A DNA stretch of 64,000 nt from Entomortierella parvispora E1425 (GCA_020891255.1 BQFW01000007.1:1054001-1118000); one strand, 5' to 3'; positions 12,601-25,134 are shown, numbered from the stretch's first letter. Notes: a model not told the origin generated them from the sequence alone. Numbers and translations: made by a program.

Positions 12601-13418
12601 TTTTGGCCCTTGTTTTTGAGCACCTCGGCCCTGAGGATCGTATCCAGATGATCGAGTTCAAGGTTCAGGCCATTGAGGTAGTCATGAACTGCCTGTACTA
12701 CAACGCTGCCGTGACTTTGCGCATTTTGGAGGAGAATGGCTGGACACAACGTTTCTTGAGCGCCTGGTTCTCAAGCTTGGACAAGTTCTCTCGTGTTCAC
12801 GACAAGAAGTTGTCGATTGTGACCCTCTGTTCCATCCTGAGCGTGCCCGCTGATCAGCTCCCTCCTGCTCTCCAGAACGGATGGCCCACTATCTTGAACG
12901 GAATCTTGAAGAACTTTGAGGGACTTCCTCTTGCCCAGGCCAAGCGCAAGGAGATGGAGAAGATGTACAACATTGGATCCGACTCTGATGATGACGAGGA
13001 TGACGAGGATGAGGGCCAGATCGCCCTTGAGTCTGCCCTTGCCGGTGATGATGATGGCGTTGAGGAGGAGTGGGTGGACGATGAGGAGGATGTCTTTGAT
13101 GAGGGACACGAGTACTTGGAGTTCTTGGCACAGCAAGCCTCCAAGACCCGCCCTGATGATAAGGAGGACGACGAGGAGTCGTTGTACGATGATCTGGAGG
13201 AGGAGATCTACTACGAGTCTCCTTTGGACAACTTGGACGTCTACATTGTCTTCCGCGACACCTTCACTGGGCTCCAGCAGCACAACCCTGCTTCATACAA
13301 CGAGCTGACCAAGGCCACCACGCCTGAGCAGCAGCAGTTTATCATGCAGGTTCTCCACACTGCCGAGGAGAACGCCGCCAAGGCCGCTGCCGAGGCAGCA
13401 GAGGCTGCTAAGCAGTAA
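9681..13418 (+). CDS. NMD5: Importin-7/8 family karyopherin (Nmd5/Sxm1-like)
   Basis: IBN_N start (DANVRIQAELKLKQ, AASIYFKN), HPWWKAKRWAY motif, HEAT repeats and acidic C-terminal stretch. About 7 exons with GT-AG borders. Confidence 0.93.
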
Positions 13419-13628
13419 ATAGACTGTGCCCCTCCCTCTCTTTTGCATTGACAGACATTTCTGTACTCCCTCCCATCATCGTCAAACATCTTAAAATACA
13501 TATGTGCATGCACGTGCCTCAAAATTGGTGGCGTGTCAATTTATGTTTTCGTCTGGTGCATTCGACGACATGCTTCACAATCTCGCTGAACATTACGCCA
13601 CCATTACCAACCTTCGGATTCAGCTACC

Positions 13629-15043
13629 ATGGACCAGCTCCGTCAACAGTTTCACCGGGACGGGTACATCATTCTACAGAATGGTACGCATTCATTCATG
13701 CTTGTTGCAGGATTCGTCATGTCAACACGGGAAATAAACTCGAACGACGCGTCTCTGACGTTGCCTTCCTGTTTTGTACAGTCCTCCCTCTAGACGAGGT
13801 ACAGGTTCTTCAGCGCGAGGCCGACTGCCTTGTCAACTTTTTATTCTCTGAGGGAGTGGATATCATGAGAGATCATGGCGGCATCATTGGTAGGTTCAAA
13901 AACGCATGACAACAGGGGGTTATGGGCCGTAGCCGTTAGGTCCATGGAGAACTGATTGACTTTTGGCCTGACAAATGATAGAGCCGACAAAATGCGGATA
14001 CATCGACCCTCCATTGTCCCAGCTGACCTTCACCTCCCATCGATCCTTTTGCGCACTGAGGAACATGGTTACGGAAGCACCGGATACTGTGATCCCAATC
14101 TTGTTTGGACGGCTGTCGGTCCTTGCAGCAAACTTCCTGCCTTTGTCAGATCCAAATTACCCGCTTCGTTTGGTAAGACAACACTTGTGTGAGCAAGTCA
14201 GGGCAGAAGTATAATACGACCGAATTGACACTGACACGTACTTTGCCTTGAACAACCTCTGCCAAAAATGGGTCTCGGTGTTTTAGTTCAATGAACAATA
14301 TATTGTCAAATCTCCAAAGTCAGAAGAAGAGTCCAAGTTTGACTGGCATCAGGTAAAGACCCTTTTCACTTTTGGCCATGACCGCTCACACAAAATTTCA
14401 AGGACCCTAACTCCTACGTTTACTCTTTTAAAAAAAAACTAAAAAAAAACGTGGTTACGACAACCAGGATTCGCAGTATATGGATAGTTGGTCGCAGAAC
14501 GAGTTTCCGATCATATCCTGTTGGACAGCACTTGACGATGTAAACCAAAGCAACGGGACCTTGCTGATCGAGCCTTTTCCGCGACCTCTGGATTCCCTGA
14601 CAGGCACGCCCCTTGATCTTCCCGAGGGCTTGGGCAGGCCAGGTGCCCTTCTTCGATATCAACAAAGCATGGCGTCAGCGTATACACCCGCTTACACCAT
14701 CGACATGGAGTCATCCATCAGGAATGCAGCAAAGGCTCCTACGTTCTCAGTGCCGAGCTCTTCGCCATCAACAACTGGCCCGTCCACACTCGGGGGCTTT
14801 TCAAACACAATCAACCTAAACGACCCGGAGAGCTGGACAAGTGAAAGTCGCCCGCCTGTGTTAGTTGAGATCCCGATGGGATCAACCGTATTTCTGTCTG
14901 GGTTTGTGAGGCACTGCAGTCTTGGAAACAAGTCCTCCAGGTTCAGAAGGGCGTACATGCCTCAATTCTCAGCTGGAGAAGTTATGAAAAGCACTGGACA
15001 ATATGTATCGATGGCAGTCTCTTGTAACGAACATGCTCACTGA
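13629..15043 (+). CDS. Phytanoyl-CoA dioxygenase (PhyH) family Fe(II)/2OG dioxygenase
   Basis: QFHRDGYIIL start, LFNEQYIVKSP, FDWHQ/D Fe-binding motif, ISCWTALDD..NGTL, distal HCSLGN..RRAYMPQFS. Five exons. Confidence 0.85.
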
Positions 15044-15239
15044 ACTGTCTTTGCGCACCCGTCATCGTAAAGGAAGTATGACAGCACCATCACACTGGTG
15101 TATTTGTCACCAACATAGCAAATAAAGGGCAATGGCCCAAAGGAGGCTCTGGATAAGTTGTAGCCACCATGTTGTATGAAGATCTCAGCAGCGTTGGTCA
15201 GTCGGTATCATCGAGAGGCATGGCATTGTAATGGGGATT

Positions 15240-16621
15240 TTACGAGTCATTTTTATCTTCTAAAATAGACAAAGTGCAGGACTCGAGGAAGCACTCTGAG
15301 TGCTTCCTCACTAAGTCTGACTCCAAATAACTCCTGTATTTCTGGCCAATTCTACAGGACCCGCCGAGCCTCTGCTTCTCCCCAATCGATGGCATATGAT
15401 CTGGCCCTCGAAGCGTGGTCAAGTGTCGAAGATCCTTTAATTTTTCCAGATCTTGGCCGAGTTTCAATTGAAGCGTGCCCATGTAATTTGTTGCTCTGTT
15501 ATACAAGGCGCACTTTCTGAGTTTCTTCAATCCTAACAAGCGATTCAAGATCATGGGCTGGGATGATGTCTTTTCCACCTGAACCGCCAAGGCCAACTCT
15601 TCTAGCGTGGCATTTCGCACATCATGGCCTGAATGGCCGAGCAGTCCAAGTCCACGCACCCCTGAAGGTCAAGTGTTACCATCGTGGACGGCTGTCTAGA
15701 AAGAGGCCGTAAACTGGTCCAGGATAGTGTATCGAAGTTCGTCTTGTGCATATCAAGCTCCGTTCAATCCTCGAGGGATCGCATCGGCCACCACCTTAAA
15801 GTCCTCTGGACAAAATTCCAAGCTCGGCAGTTTCAAGGACTCGAGTTGTTCCCATCGATAGCCAGACCGTATTTCATTTGCTAGTAGATGCATAAGTCCA
15901 GTTTCGCACTCGTGGTCATGAGGCACCCATTCCAGACGGGTGAGAGATGGACGTTGTCGAATCATCCAAAAATAGGCTTAAAACACTTCGGAGTCAGGTT
16001 CCATGCCTACGATTTCCAGGTTCTCGATCTTGGCTTGGCCCGTCCGCTTTGCTACCAAGGCGAGTGTCGCCTTGGATGAATGAATATAACCGTCGATCGT
16101 GTCTACGGAATGCCACGAGCCTGCGAGAGAAAGGGCCTTCACACCCAACCACCGATCCTTTCCACGGAAACGAAGATAATGAAGGCGCAGTTCCTCTAGA
16201 TGTGGGTATTCCATAGTAGCATCCAGGCGTTTTGTGCTCCTGCGTTGGTGGTCAAGGATTTAAAGGTGCGCCGGTGCCAGTGGACAAAGTGGACCCAGGA
16301 GTGATCTTTGTCTCGGAAATAACCGATGTGAAGGTTGGTGAGGTTTGGGCAGAAGAATTCTTCTCGAATATCTCTGCTAGAGTTGTCATGGGCGTAGATG
16401 GTGGCGATGAGATTGGCATGTTTCTCAAGAAACTCGAATCGAGGACCAATGTCTCTCTCTCTTGGGAGAAGATGGACACTTTTGACCAGGTGGATGGGAG
16501 AAGAGTCCTTTGCTATGCACGCGACACACCCGGACAGCGTATGAGATCGTTTTTGCTCAGGTACTGCGCGACCGAAAGCAGAATCTCGGGGAGGTCGAGG
16601 GATTGCGCAGCGGGATGGCAT
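15240..16621 (-). pseudogene. Decayed F-box/LRR-type gene
   Basis: F-box motif LDLPEILLSVAQYLSKNDLIRC is out of frame with the ATG and has an in-frame TAG at 16515-16513. Later coding pieces lie in different frames with stops at 15978 and 15753. The C-terminal piece (SSQPMILNRL, LQLKLGQDLEKL) is paralogous to the 18613-19839 ORF. Confidence 0.8.
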
Positions 16622-16996
16622 GGTCTTGATCCTGAGCTCCTGAGTGTGCTGGGGAAGAGTCAGTGTCGTCCGATGGTGTTGACGAAGGATGAGAGAAAGA
16701 GGACTTGCAGCGCACAAGGACACGCTGCATACGCCACCAACCGAATATGTCGCGTCTCTCAATCCGTTGGACCCTTCGCACTTCCAAACGCGAGCATGTC
16801 CGTTTCGACCTCTTGTTCCGCTCCCGGTGGACTCGCATGCCTCTTTTGGGCGCAATCGGCAGAGACGACAACACTTTCGGAGGAAAAGAGGCCAACGTCG
16901 TGTTGGCTCTCGCATTGTCTTGGCGATGCTGCAGACATATAAAAAGTCCTCCTTCCCCACTCTCTCCACTCATCAACAAATCACTCCATCTGCAGC

Positions 16997-18049
16997 ATGG
17001 CCCCCACCAATGTTGCCCCTCAGACAAACGATGCAAACGCATACATGTCCCAATCTCTCCGTGTATGCAAACCACCATCACCTCATTTCTCTACTCATTT
17101 GGACTTGGTGTTCGCAATACAGAGTCTAAACATCAAAGCTCCTATTCAATTATTCAATTATCACTAGGGAGGACTGGCCATCGCCGTCTCCAAGACAGCT
17201 GCCGCTCCAATCGAACGTGTCAAACTCCTTCTCCAGAACCAGGGTGAGTTACTCAAGGCGGGCCGACTCTCTCGCCCCTACAATGGCATCACCGACTGTT
17301 TCAGGCGTGTTATCGCCGAGGAAGGTGTCGCATCTCTTTGGAGAGGTAACACCGTCAATGTCCTTCGCTACTTCCCCACCCAGGGCCTCAACTTTCTCTT
17401 CAGGGACTACTACAAACCCATGTTCAGCTTCAAGAAGGGAAGGGATGGCTATGGAAAATGGCTCTTTGGCAACCTAGCTTGTGGAGCTGCTGCAGGAGCG
17501 ACAGCACTTTTATTTGTCTACCCGCTGGACTATGGAAGAACCCGCTTTTCATCCGATGTCAAGAGCAGCAAGACCGGTGGCACGCGTCAGTTCACAGGAT
17601 TGATGGATGTATACAAAAAGACTCTGGCATCGGACGGTATTGCGGGTCTCTACCGTGGATACTCGCTCTCGGTCGTGGGTATCATTGTCTACAGTGGATT
17701 GTACTTTGGCTTGTATGACTCTATCAAGCCCATGATGCCCGACTCCGTTCGTGGCTCGTTCTTGGTCTCGTTTGTCCTGGGCTGGGGCGTGACCAACTTG
17801 GCTGGTTTCGCCGCTTACCCTGTAGACACGGTCCTTCGTCGTAAAATGATGACCTCGGGCGAGGCCGTCAAGTACAAGTCTTCACTCGATGCCTTCCAGC
17901 AGATTATCAGACATGAAGGATACAAGTCTTTATTCAAAGGCGCAGGCGCCAACGTACTCCGCGGTGTCGCTGGTGCCGGTGCCCTGTCTGGCTACGATCA
18001 ACTTCAAACCCTTCTCTTTAGAAAAGCCTACAGCGGTGGATCTGAGTAA
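16997..18049 (+). CDS. AAC: Divergent mitochondrial ADP/ATP carrier paralog
   Basis: [50 protein letters not shown] and [15 protein letters not shown]. One phase-0 intron (GTATGC...CTAG) after the first ~22 codons. Confidence 0.92.
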
Positions 18050-18367
18050 AAAGATCAACCATTGTATCCCGGTCATCTCTTTGCGCCGCTCTCCAACAAA
18101 TGGTGGTCAGCGCACTCTCCGCTCTTGATCTTCCTTGTATGCCTCCGAACAAACGCAAAACACTTGTCGATTGAAGACTTTGGGGATGAATCAACATGTC
18201 TGGAGTTTTGCAGAAGCGCTCTTGGACGAAGTGAAAGAAAACAAAGAAAGCGGCGCATCCTGTGATTCAATCGAAGGCTCACTGCGGCAAACAAAATAAA
18301 TGTAACGACGCTCTTTGTAGCTTTCTTTCTTTTCTTCCTTTATTCCGCTTCATCTCCTCTTTATTCC

Positions 18368-19839
18368 ATGCCGCAGCAGATCCTGAACCCTTTGCACCTA
18401 CCCGAGATCTTGTCTTTAGTGGCAGAGTACTTGGAAAAGCGAACCAGGCTGCTATGCCTCCGAGTCTCACCAATATGGTATTCTGCTTTCGCTCCATTGA
18501 TCTGGACCGAAGTAACCTTGCGTCCCGAGTCCTACGCAACAAGTCCGAAACAAGAACAGCGAAGAAAACACGCGAGAATGATTCGCCATCTTAATATCGT
18601 CAAGGTGTCGACATGAATCTTCTCGATCCAACCTTCTCCTATCCAAATTTATCAAGCCTGGAAGTCTGCGGTTTCGGTTCATTGGGCAACAATCGGTTTA
18701 TTCCTCAATACTACCAGCAACTCACCAGCATTTACTTCCGTCAAAAGGCAACAGATGGAGATTTGGAGATCACTGCCAAATGCCCCGGACTGGAACACTT
18801 GGAATTGAATGAGCTGGAACTGGATTCGCCAGAGTCCTGGATCTTGTTTTACGAAGCTCTTTTCTCGCGTCTGCGGTCCCTCTCTATGGATCATGGTCCT
18901 CTGTTTGTGAAGGACAAGGAGGATACTCCTCCGTTCCTATACCCTGCTCCTTCGAAGCCATCGAAACTCACAGACCTCTCCTTTGGAAACTTTCCCAGGG
19001 GTTACGAAGAGCAACGTCTTGTGATCAAGAGCCAGTTTTGGCTTCTTGAGAACTGTCCAGACTTGAAGCGGTTATCTTGGAGGAAAATCAGAGGGTACCA
19101 CGAGTACTTCCCTCGTGAACGAAACAACCCCCAACCTATGCGCCGAATCGCCAACTTGATTGAATCAGGCCAGGCCTGCCAACGACTAGAGACCATTGCT
19201 TTTCCTGGATATGAATTTAGCCGACATGATTTTTTGTTCCTTCTTCAGAAATTGACGCGGTTGAACGTGATTGATCTGAAAAGGTCAAGCTTCGACGACT
19301 CCACATGGACGGCATTGAAATCCGTACCCCGGCATTTGTCTACCATCACAGTACTGGACGTTGTGGGGTCTAACCCCTTGCCTAGATCAGTGATCCAGAG
19401 TTGCATGGCCACAATGCCTCTTTTGCAGGTTCTAAGGGCCCAGCGAATGAGTGATGATATTATCACCGATGACGGGCGAGAATGGGTCTGCCTTGGACTG
19501 CGAGAGCTCCAGCTTGAGTTTGTCCTGGATAAAGGGAGAACGTCCCAGCCTATGATTCTGTCGCGTATTTGCAAGCTGACAAAACTTGAGTACTGGCGAT
19601 CAATGGAGTCGGAATCCTTAGGGAGCCACCAAGCCCTGCACTTAAAGCTAGGAGAAGGTTTAGAGTATCTGCAGGTCCTCCGAGAAATGAGAACGATCCG
19701 CCTGAGGGATACCTGGGATGCAAGGGAAGCCAATTGGGCACTTAGGAATTGGAAAGATCTGACACTATTTTCGTCGCCAAAGATGGATCGTCAGTGCATG
19801 GAAGTCCTCCAAGAATCGGGCGTGAAAGTCAGGTTTTGA
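18368..19839 (+). CDS. F-box/LRR-type gene split into two ORFs (18368-18616 F-box; 18613-19839 body) by a 1-nt frameshift
   Basis: NPLHLPEILSLVAEYL...CLRVSPIWYSAFAPLIW is an F-box. ORF1 ends ACA-TGA, overlapping the ATG of an intact 408-aa ORF2. No GT-AG intron repairs the frame. Confidence 0.8.
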
Positions 19840-20223
19840 ATAAAGCGCAAAGCTACACGTCGTGGCGCACCATTGATCCTTTGAGTTTAGGATTGGGCGA
19901 TCTTTTTGGTGCCAGTGACGAGACGAACGGAGGTCGAGAGGGTTCACTCAAGCAAAAAGCGGCGAATAAGAGAGCGGATAGAGAGACCGCTGTGACATGA
20001 AAGTGAAATGAAGTGAGGATGCTGCCCGCCTTCCCACGGACCGTTGTGCAAGTCAAAAATGAGGCCGAATTTCGATTGAATTTTTGTGTTCTCACCGCAA
20101 CACTTCTGCTCTCTCCGCCGGACCGACGACTCTCCTCCTCTTCTCTCCTCCCTCTCTCCACTTCACTCTTCACTCTTCACTCCCTTACCTGCTGCCGACG
20201 CAGCACTCTTCATCGCTGCACCA

Positions 20224-20629
20224 ATGTCGTCCTCCGCTACCATCCCGCCCTCCCCTGATGGCGCTACAAGTATGTTCCATTCCATGACATGCCCTGCACC
20301 TCTTGCTAATGCATGCATTCTTTTCCCTTGTGAAAAAAGAAAACTCCGCTCTCCACTGTACCTCTCTCCACACTTGACTGAGGTTGCACCCCAAGATCTT
20401 TTTCTTTTCGACAGCCAAAAAGTCATTGTCTAAATACCTGGCCACTCTCGCCTTGGAAAGGATGAACTGCGATCACCCTCACCGTGCACCATGATCTAAC
20501 AATCAATTGCTCTGTGTAGACAACACAATCATAGAGACGATGCTAGACCTTGAAGAGATTGACAAGGATCTTTACCGCTCCAAGAAGTTATGGCTACCAA
20601 CCGGAGCACGCGGCGTTTTCGGTAAGAAG

Positions 20630-20664
<35 letters not shown>

Positions 20665-21934
20665 TAAAAAGAATACACTCCATCCTCGAGGGTCTTGCTA
20701 AGTTCGTCGGATATTGTTTTCTTTTGAACAGGCGGCAATGTCGTCGGCCAGGCCTTGGTGGCCGCCACCAACACAGTCTCGACAACGTTCTCAGTCCATG
20801 TAAGCAAGACTTCCTTCGAAGATGGGCGGGATCTGTGATCTTGGGACAAAACTTGCCAATCAACAGCATCTTGGATACTGATCCATTTTGGTCTCCTCGT
20901 TTCTATAGTCTCTCCACTCTTACTTTCTGTTACCCGGTGATCACTCTGTCCCAATCTTGTACCAAGTCGAGCGAGTTCGAGACGGTAAGAATGATGGAAA
21001 GATGTCCGTGTTTTTGTGTCGAGTGGATAGAACGAGCTGGCGACTCATCTTTATGCCATTATTTGTCTCCTACCAAAGGCAAATCGTACTGCACGCGAAC
21101 CGTTACGGCCAAGCAAAGAGGAAAGAACATCTTTGTATGCACAGCCAGTTTCCAAGTTCCAGCTCCCAACTCTCCACAACACCAATACCCCATGCCCAAT
21201 GTTCCCCATCATAGCACGCTGCCTAGTCAGGAAGAGCTGATCAAGTCTATGATCGACAACCCCAAAGTGCCCGAGAATTTCACAAAGATCTTGAAGTTGC
21301 GTTTGACAGAGGTAAAGAGAAATTATGTTTTTTGTTCTCTGATGTCAACAGAAGCTTGATCCAAAAGATAGGATTGTACTGATAGATCATGCTGTTCCTT
21401 TTCATTGCTTTAGCCATTGGCATTGGAATTCAAGGATACGACTAGCCACAGTCTTCGAGACATTACGGAACCATCCAAGAGAACCGAACAAATGTTTTGG
21501 ATCAAAGCAAAAGGTCAACTTGGAGACGCTCTGGCTCTGCACCAATGTGTGGTCGCATACGGATCTGATCACAACCTACTAGGAACCGTTCCCTTGGCCC
21601 ATGGCGCGACCTGGTTCTCTCGTAGCACCAGAATTGCCATGATGGCGTCTTTGGATCACTCTATGTGGTTCCATTGCCCTTTCCGCGCCGACGAATGGAT
21701 GCTCTATGTCTGCGAATCGTAAGTATTCTCAGTGCTTGATTCCATGCATCGATGACCAAACTAGATCTCTAACTATCACTTGTCGATTGCTTTCGTTTCA
21801 ATAGCCCTCGATCAGGATGCGATCGTGGATTGACCTTTGGCAGGATATACAAGGAGGATGGAACTCTGGCTGTCTCTGTCGCCCAGGAAGGTGTGGTTCG
21901 TTTCAAGAGCTCACCATCTGAACCAAAGCTCTGA
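20224..21934 (+). CDS. TES1: Acyl-CoA thioesterase II (TesB/ACOT8), probably peroxisomal
   Basis: LEEIDKDLYR, RGVFGGNVVGQAL, SLHSYF, YQVERVRDGKSY, ASLDHSMWFH, ADEWMLY and SVAQEGVVR. Ends in PKL, a PTS1-like tripeptide. Confidence 0.93.
20632..20662. repeat. Poly(A)31 tract inside a TES1 intron
   Basis: Direct count. Similar poly(T) tracts occur at 43106-43135 and 50832-50858, and poly(C)15 at 54234-54248. Confidence 0.95.
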
Positions 21935-22004
21935 CCATGAAAATTGACAATAAATAATATCTTTATTGCGAAAACTTCTCTCTTTGGAGTTCAGAGGTAT
22001 ATAT

Positions 22005-24703
22005 TTAACGCTTGTCCATGGAACCATATTCAGCATCCCAGGTTCGGTACATTTCCAGGTCGCGGTCGCTCACACTGGCTCGGACTTGGGACAGCGCATC
22101 CACGAAATCTTTGTGCTGAATCGGCCTCAAGGCATCCAGGCCAATCTCCAAGATATCACCCTGAATGGATCGGACAGGACCCAGGGCCGCTTCTCGACAA
22201 AGACCATTCATATCTGAACCAGAGTATCCCTTGGTGCGATCGCAAATGTCCTGGATCTGGTCCTCTGTCAGATCATGATCTTGGTCCTTGAGTAGGTTGG
22301 TAATCATTCCATGGCGACCCTCAGATTCTGGCAGTGGGATATAAAGACGCTTCTGGAATCGTCTTCGTGCCGCCTCGTCAATTTCTTGGGGTCGATTCGT
22401 TGCTCCAACAATCAGGATTCGATCATCATCTCCTCCAACGCCTACACCGTCAAACTGAACCAGGAACTCCGTCTTGATTCTTCTTGACGCCTCCACCTCG
22501 CCATCCGTGCGTTGAGTCAGCAAAGAATCAATTTCGTCCATAAAGATCACAGCAGGTTGATGACACCGAGCAACCGCAAACAATGCTCGAACCATCTTTT
22601 CGCCGTCTCCAACCCACTTTGAGGTGAGAGAGGACGAACTGATGCTGAAGAACGTTGCTTTTGCTTGACTGGCAATGCATTTGCCAATCAATGTCTTTCC
22701 GGTTCCAGGAGGTCCAAACAACAAAAGCCCTTTGGGAGGTCTCCTGAGTCCTGTAAATATGTCGGGTCTCATAATGGGTAGAATCACAGCTTCACGGATG
22801 GTGCCTTTGGCATGTTTAAGTCCTGATATATCGTCCCATGTCACCACTGGATATGATTCCATGATCTATGTCATCAAAAGAATGAGCAGTGTATGTTAGT
22901 CAGCCGACTCATCAAAAACCACAATTGCGACTTTGAGCGAAGTATACCTCATTTTTGATAGTTTCGATCATCTTGGGCTCAATATTCCGAAGCCTCTCGT
23001 CCAAAGGCTCGTCAGGCCCACTGGGACTCTTTGTTTGCCCTTGGCCAGTCTTGTCTCCGTTGTTCTCTGCACTGCTGGCGCGGTTTAGAGGCGATTTGAA
23101 TTTTGGTCTCTTGACACCAATCATTTTGGACTTCAGACTTCCTGCGGCAGAGTTTTGGTCTGATGGGACAACAGGTGGAGATTGTCCATAAGGATTGTTG
23201 ATTATTGCAGGGGCTTTCTGGCCATTGGTTGACGGTGCGTTGAATCCTCCCCGATTGAGATAATGGTTTGGGTTATTCTGATACGACTTTGCCTCCTGGT
23301 GTTGCTCTTCGATGACCTGATTGCGTTAATGATAGAATATCAAAGATAATTAGCAATTTTTTTTCTATATATTTATGATACTTCCTCGGCAGCTTTAGTA
23401 GACCATTGTGTACCATTTGTTCTTTGGCAGTGATAAACTGAGGAGGAGCAGAGGATACATCGGGAGCATCGCTTTTAAACTATTCCCATACGAGAAAACA
23501 CATCATAGTAGGTTAGCAAGATTCTCCAATTTTATGAAGCGGATTCTCCCGACTGAAATACTTACCCTCTTCGTGTTTCGGCGATCTGGATTGTTTGATA
23601 TGGCAGTGGATTTGTAGACTGAAGGGACAACTGTGTCACTCCGGTCATCGTTGTCCTCATTTTCGTCGTCGTTTGCATATTCGCCATATTTTGGTTTCAT
23701 CGGTGCTGACAAAGATCCATTGCCATCTCCTTGTAAGCGTCCAGACTGAGGTGAGGCATGGTGTCCCCTTGCTGCATTTAAAGCGGAATCGTGTGCAAGA
23801 GATCTAGAGTTCCATGCCCCCGAGGATCCCAATTTCACATCATTGGCAGCCTCCTCAACCTCTTTTCTCTTCCGCGCAAGGGCCTCCTCTGCTAGCACCT
23901 CTGCCCTGATCTCTGCCCTTAGCTCTGCCCTGATTTCATCCCGGATTTCTGTCATGACCTGAGCTCTCGCTTCTATCCTGGCTTTCTCCAGTGCAGCCTC
24001 TTCCAGGGTCGACTTTTCAGCTGCAGCCTTATCAGCCTCCACTTGCATTGATTTTGCTTCTGCTTCCTTCTTCTCGGCTGATTTTTCCGCTCGCCTCGTT
24101 AAGGATTTTATCGATTCTGGTACGGGTCGGATATCTCTCTCCACTGGGCATTTCTACATATTGTTATTTGGCGAACAAGAAAAAATGTCAAGGTCAGCTC
24201 CGGCTTTTCCGTGTAAAGACTCGACAGATTGGTGCGGGGTTTTCATTTCTTTTTACCAGAGACTGAAAATCGGTCATGGACAATGCAAAATCAGATACGT
24301 CGCGTCCACTGTTAGGCTCGAGGATCGAGGCAAACCGTTTGGACATCCTTTTCCTTTCCAGGGCCTTGTCGACCCTTTGACGCACTCGCTCCTGAACAGA
24401 CATTCTGGCGTCGGCGTTCGTGTTATTGTTGTTTGTAGTTGAAGCAGTCGCGTTCGAATGGGACGATGCAGCGACGGATGGACGCATGCATGCTTGGCGA
24501 TGTTGTAGATGGTAATGTTTTTGCAAGGTCCTTGCATTTTGTCGTTGTTGACTCGTGAGTTGGGCATCATTGGCTTCGACAGAGAGTAAGAGCTGAAGGG
24601 CTTGATGGTGAGATGCCGAGATCACGGGGAGATCTCGGGTTGCTTGAGCCTTGACAGCATGGACCGCTGCATGGAATGCCCGCACGTCGGTTGGATTCGA
24701 CAT
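22005..24703 (-). CDS. FIGNL1: Fidgetin-like AAA ATPase
   Basis: [49 protein letters not shown] and a Vps4_C-like tail. Upstream exons at 23124-22912, ~23480-23410 (FITAKEQM), 24156-23560 and 24703-24257 are joined by GT-AG sites. Confidence 0.9.
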
Positions 24704-25134
24704 TGAGAAGGGCAGCGAACGAGGGGGAACGTCGGGAATGAGAACAAGGAGATGGTCAAAGATGGGCACAATGTCAATGCACAACAGGGGGAGAACTGAA
24801 TGTTTGTTGCCACCATTTTGGACTGATTCCTTTTGCGCCACCAATTTCTTCTTCGCCCCTTGGTCTTCACTTTCGACACATCTTCGTCCCTTCTTTCCTT
24901 TGCATTCCTACACCTGCTACACAATTTGATATTAACAAACGATATTTTATATCTCTTTTTTTTGGGTGTGGCGTAAAAAAACGGGGGGAAATAGGTGCTT
25001 GGTAGGGGTAGGGGTAGGAAAGAAGAGAAGGATTGGGTCTTTGTCCATCCCTTCTCGCTCTCTTTTTGTTCGTCATGGAGACAGTCAATGCTAGTAAAGA
25101 ATGGGGGGAGTCGCATAAAATGACTTCTATTAAT

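Noticed and set aside
12771-13283. Long antisense or alternative-frame ORFs over NMD5, histones, BFR2, RIP1, the CENP-B-like gene and others
   Set aside because: These are shadows of strong codon bias (few T/A third positions) in highly expressed genes, with no independent signals.
23503-24144. Apparent stand-alone coiled-coil gene nested in the fidgetin locus
   Set aside because: It has an in-phase acceptor and a GTAAGT donor linking it to the flanking fidgetin exons.
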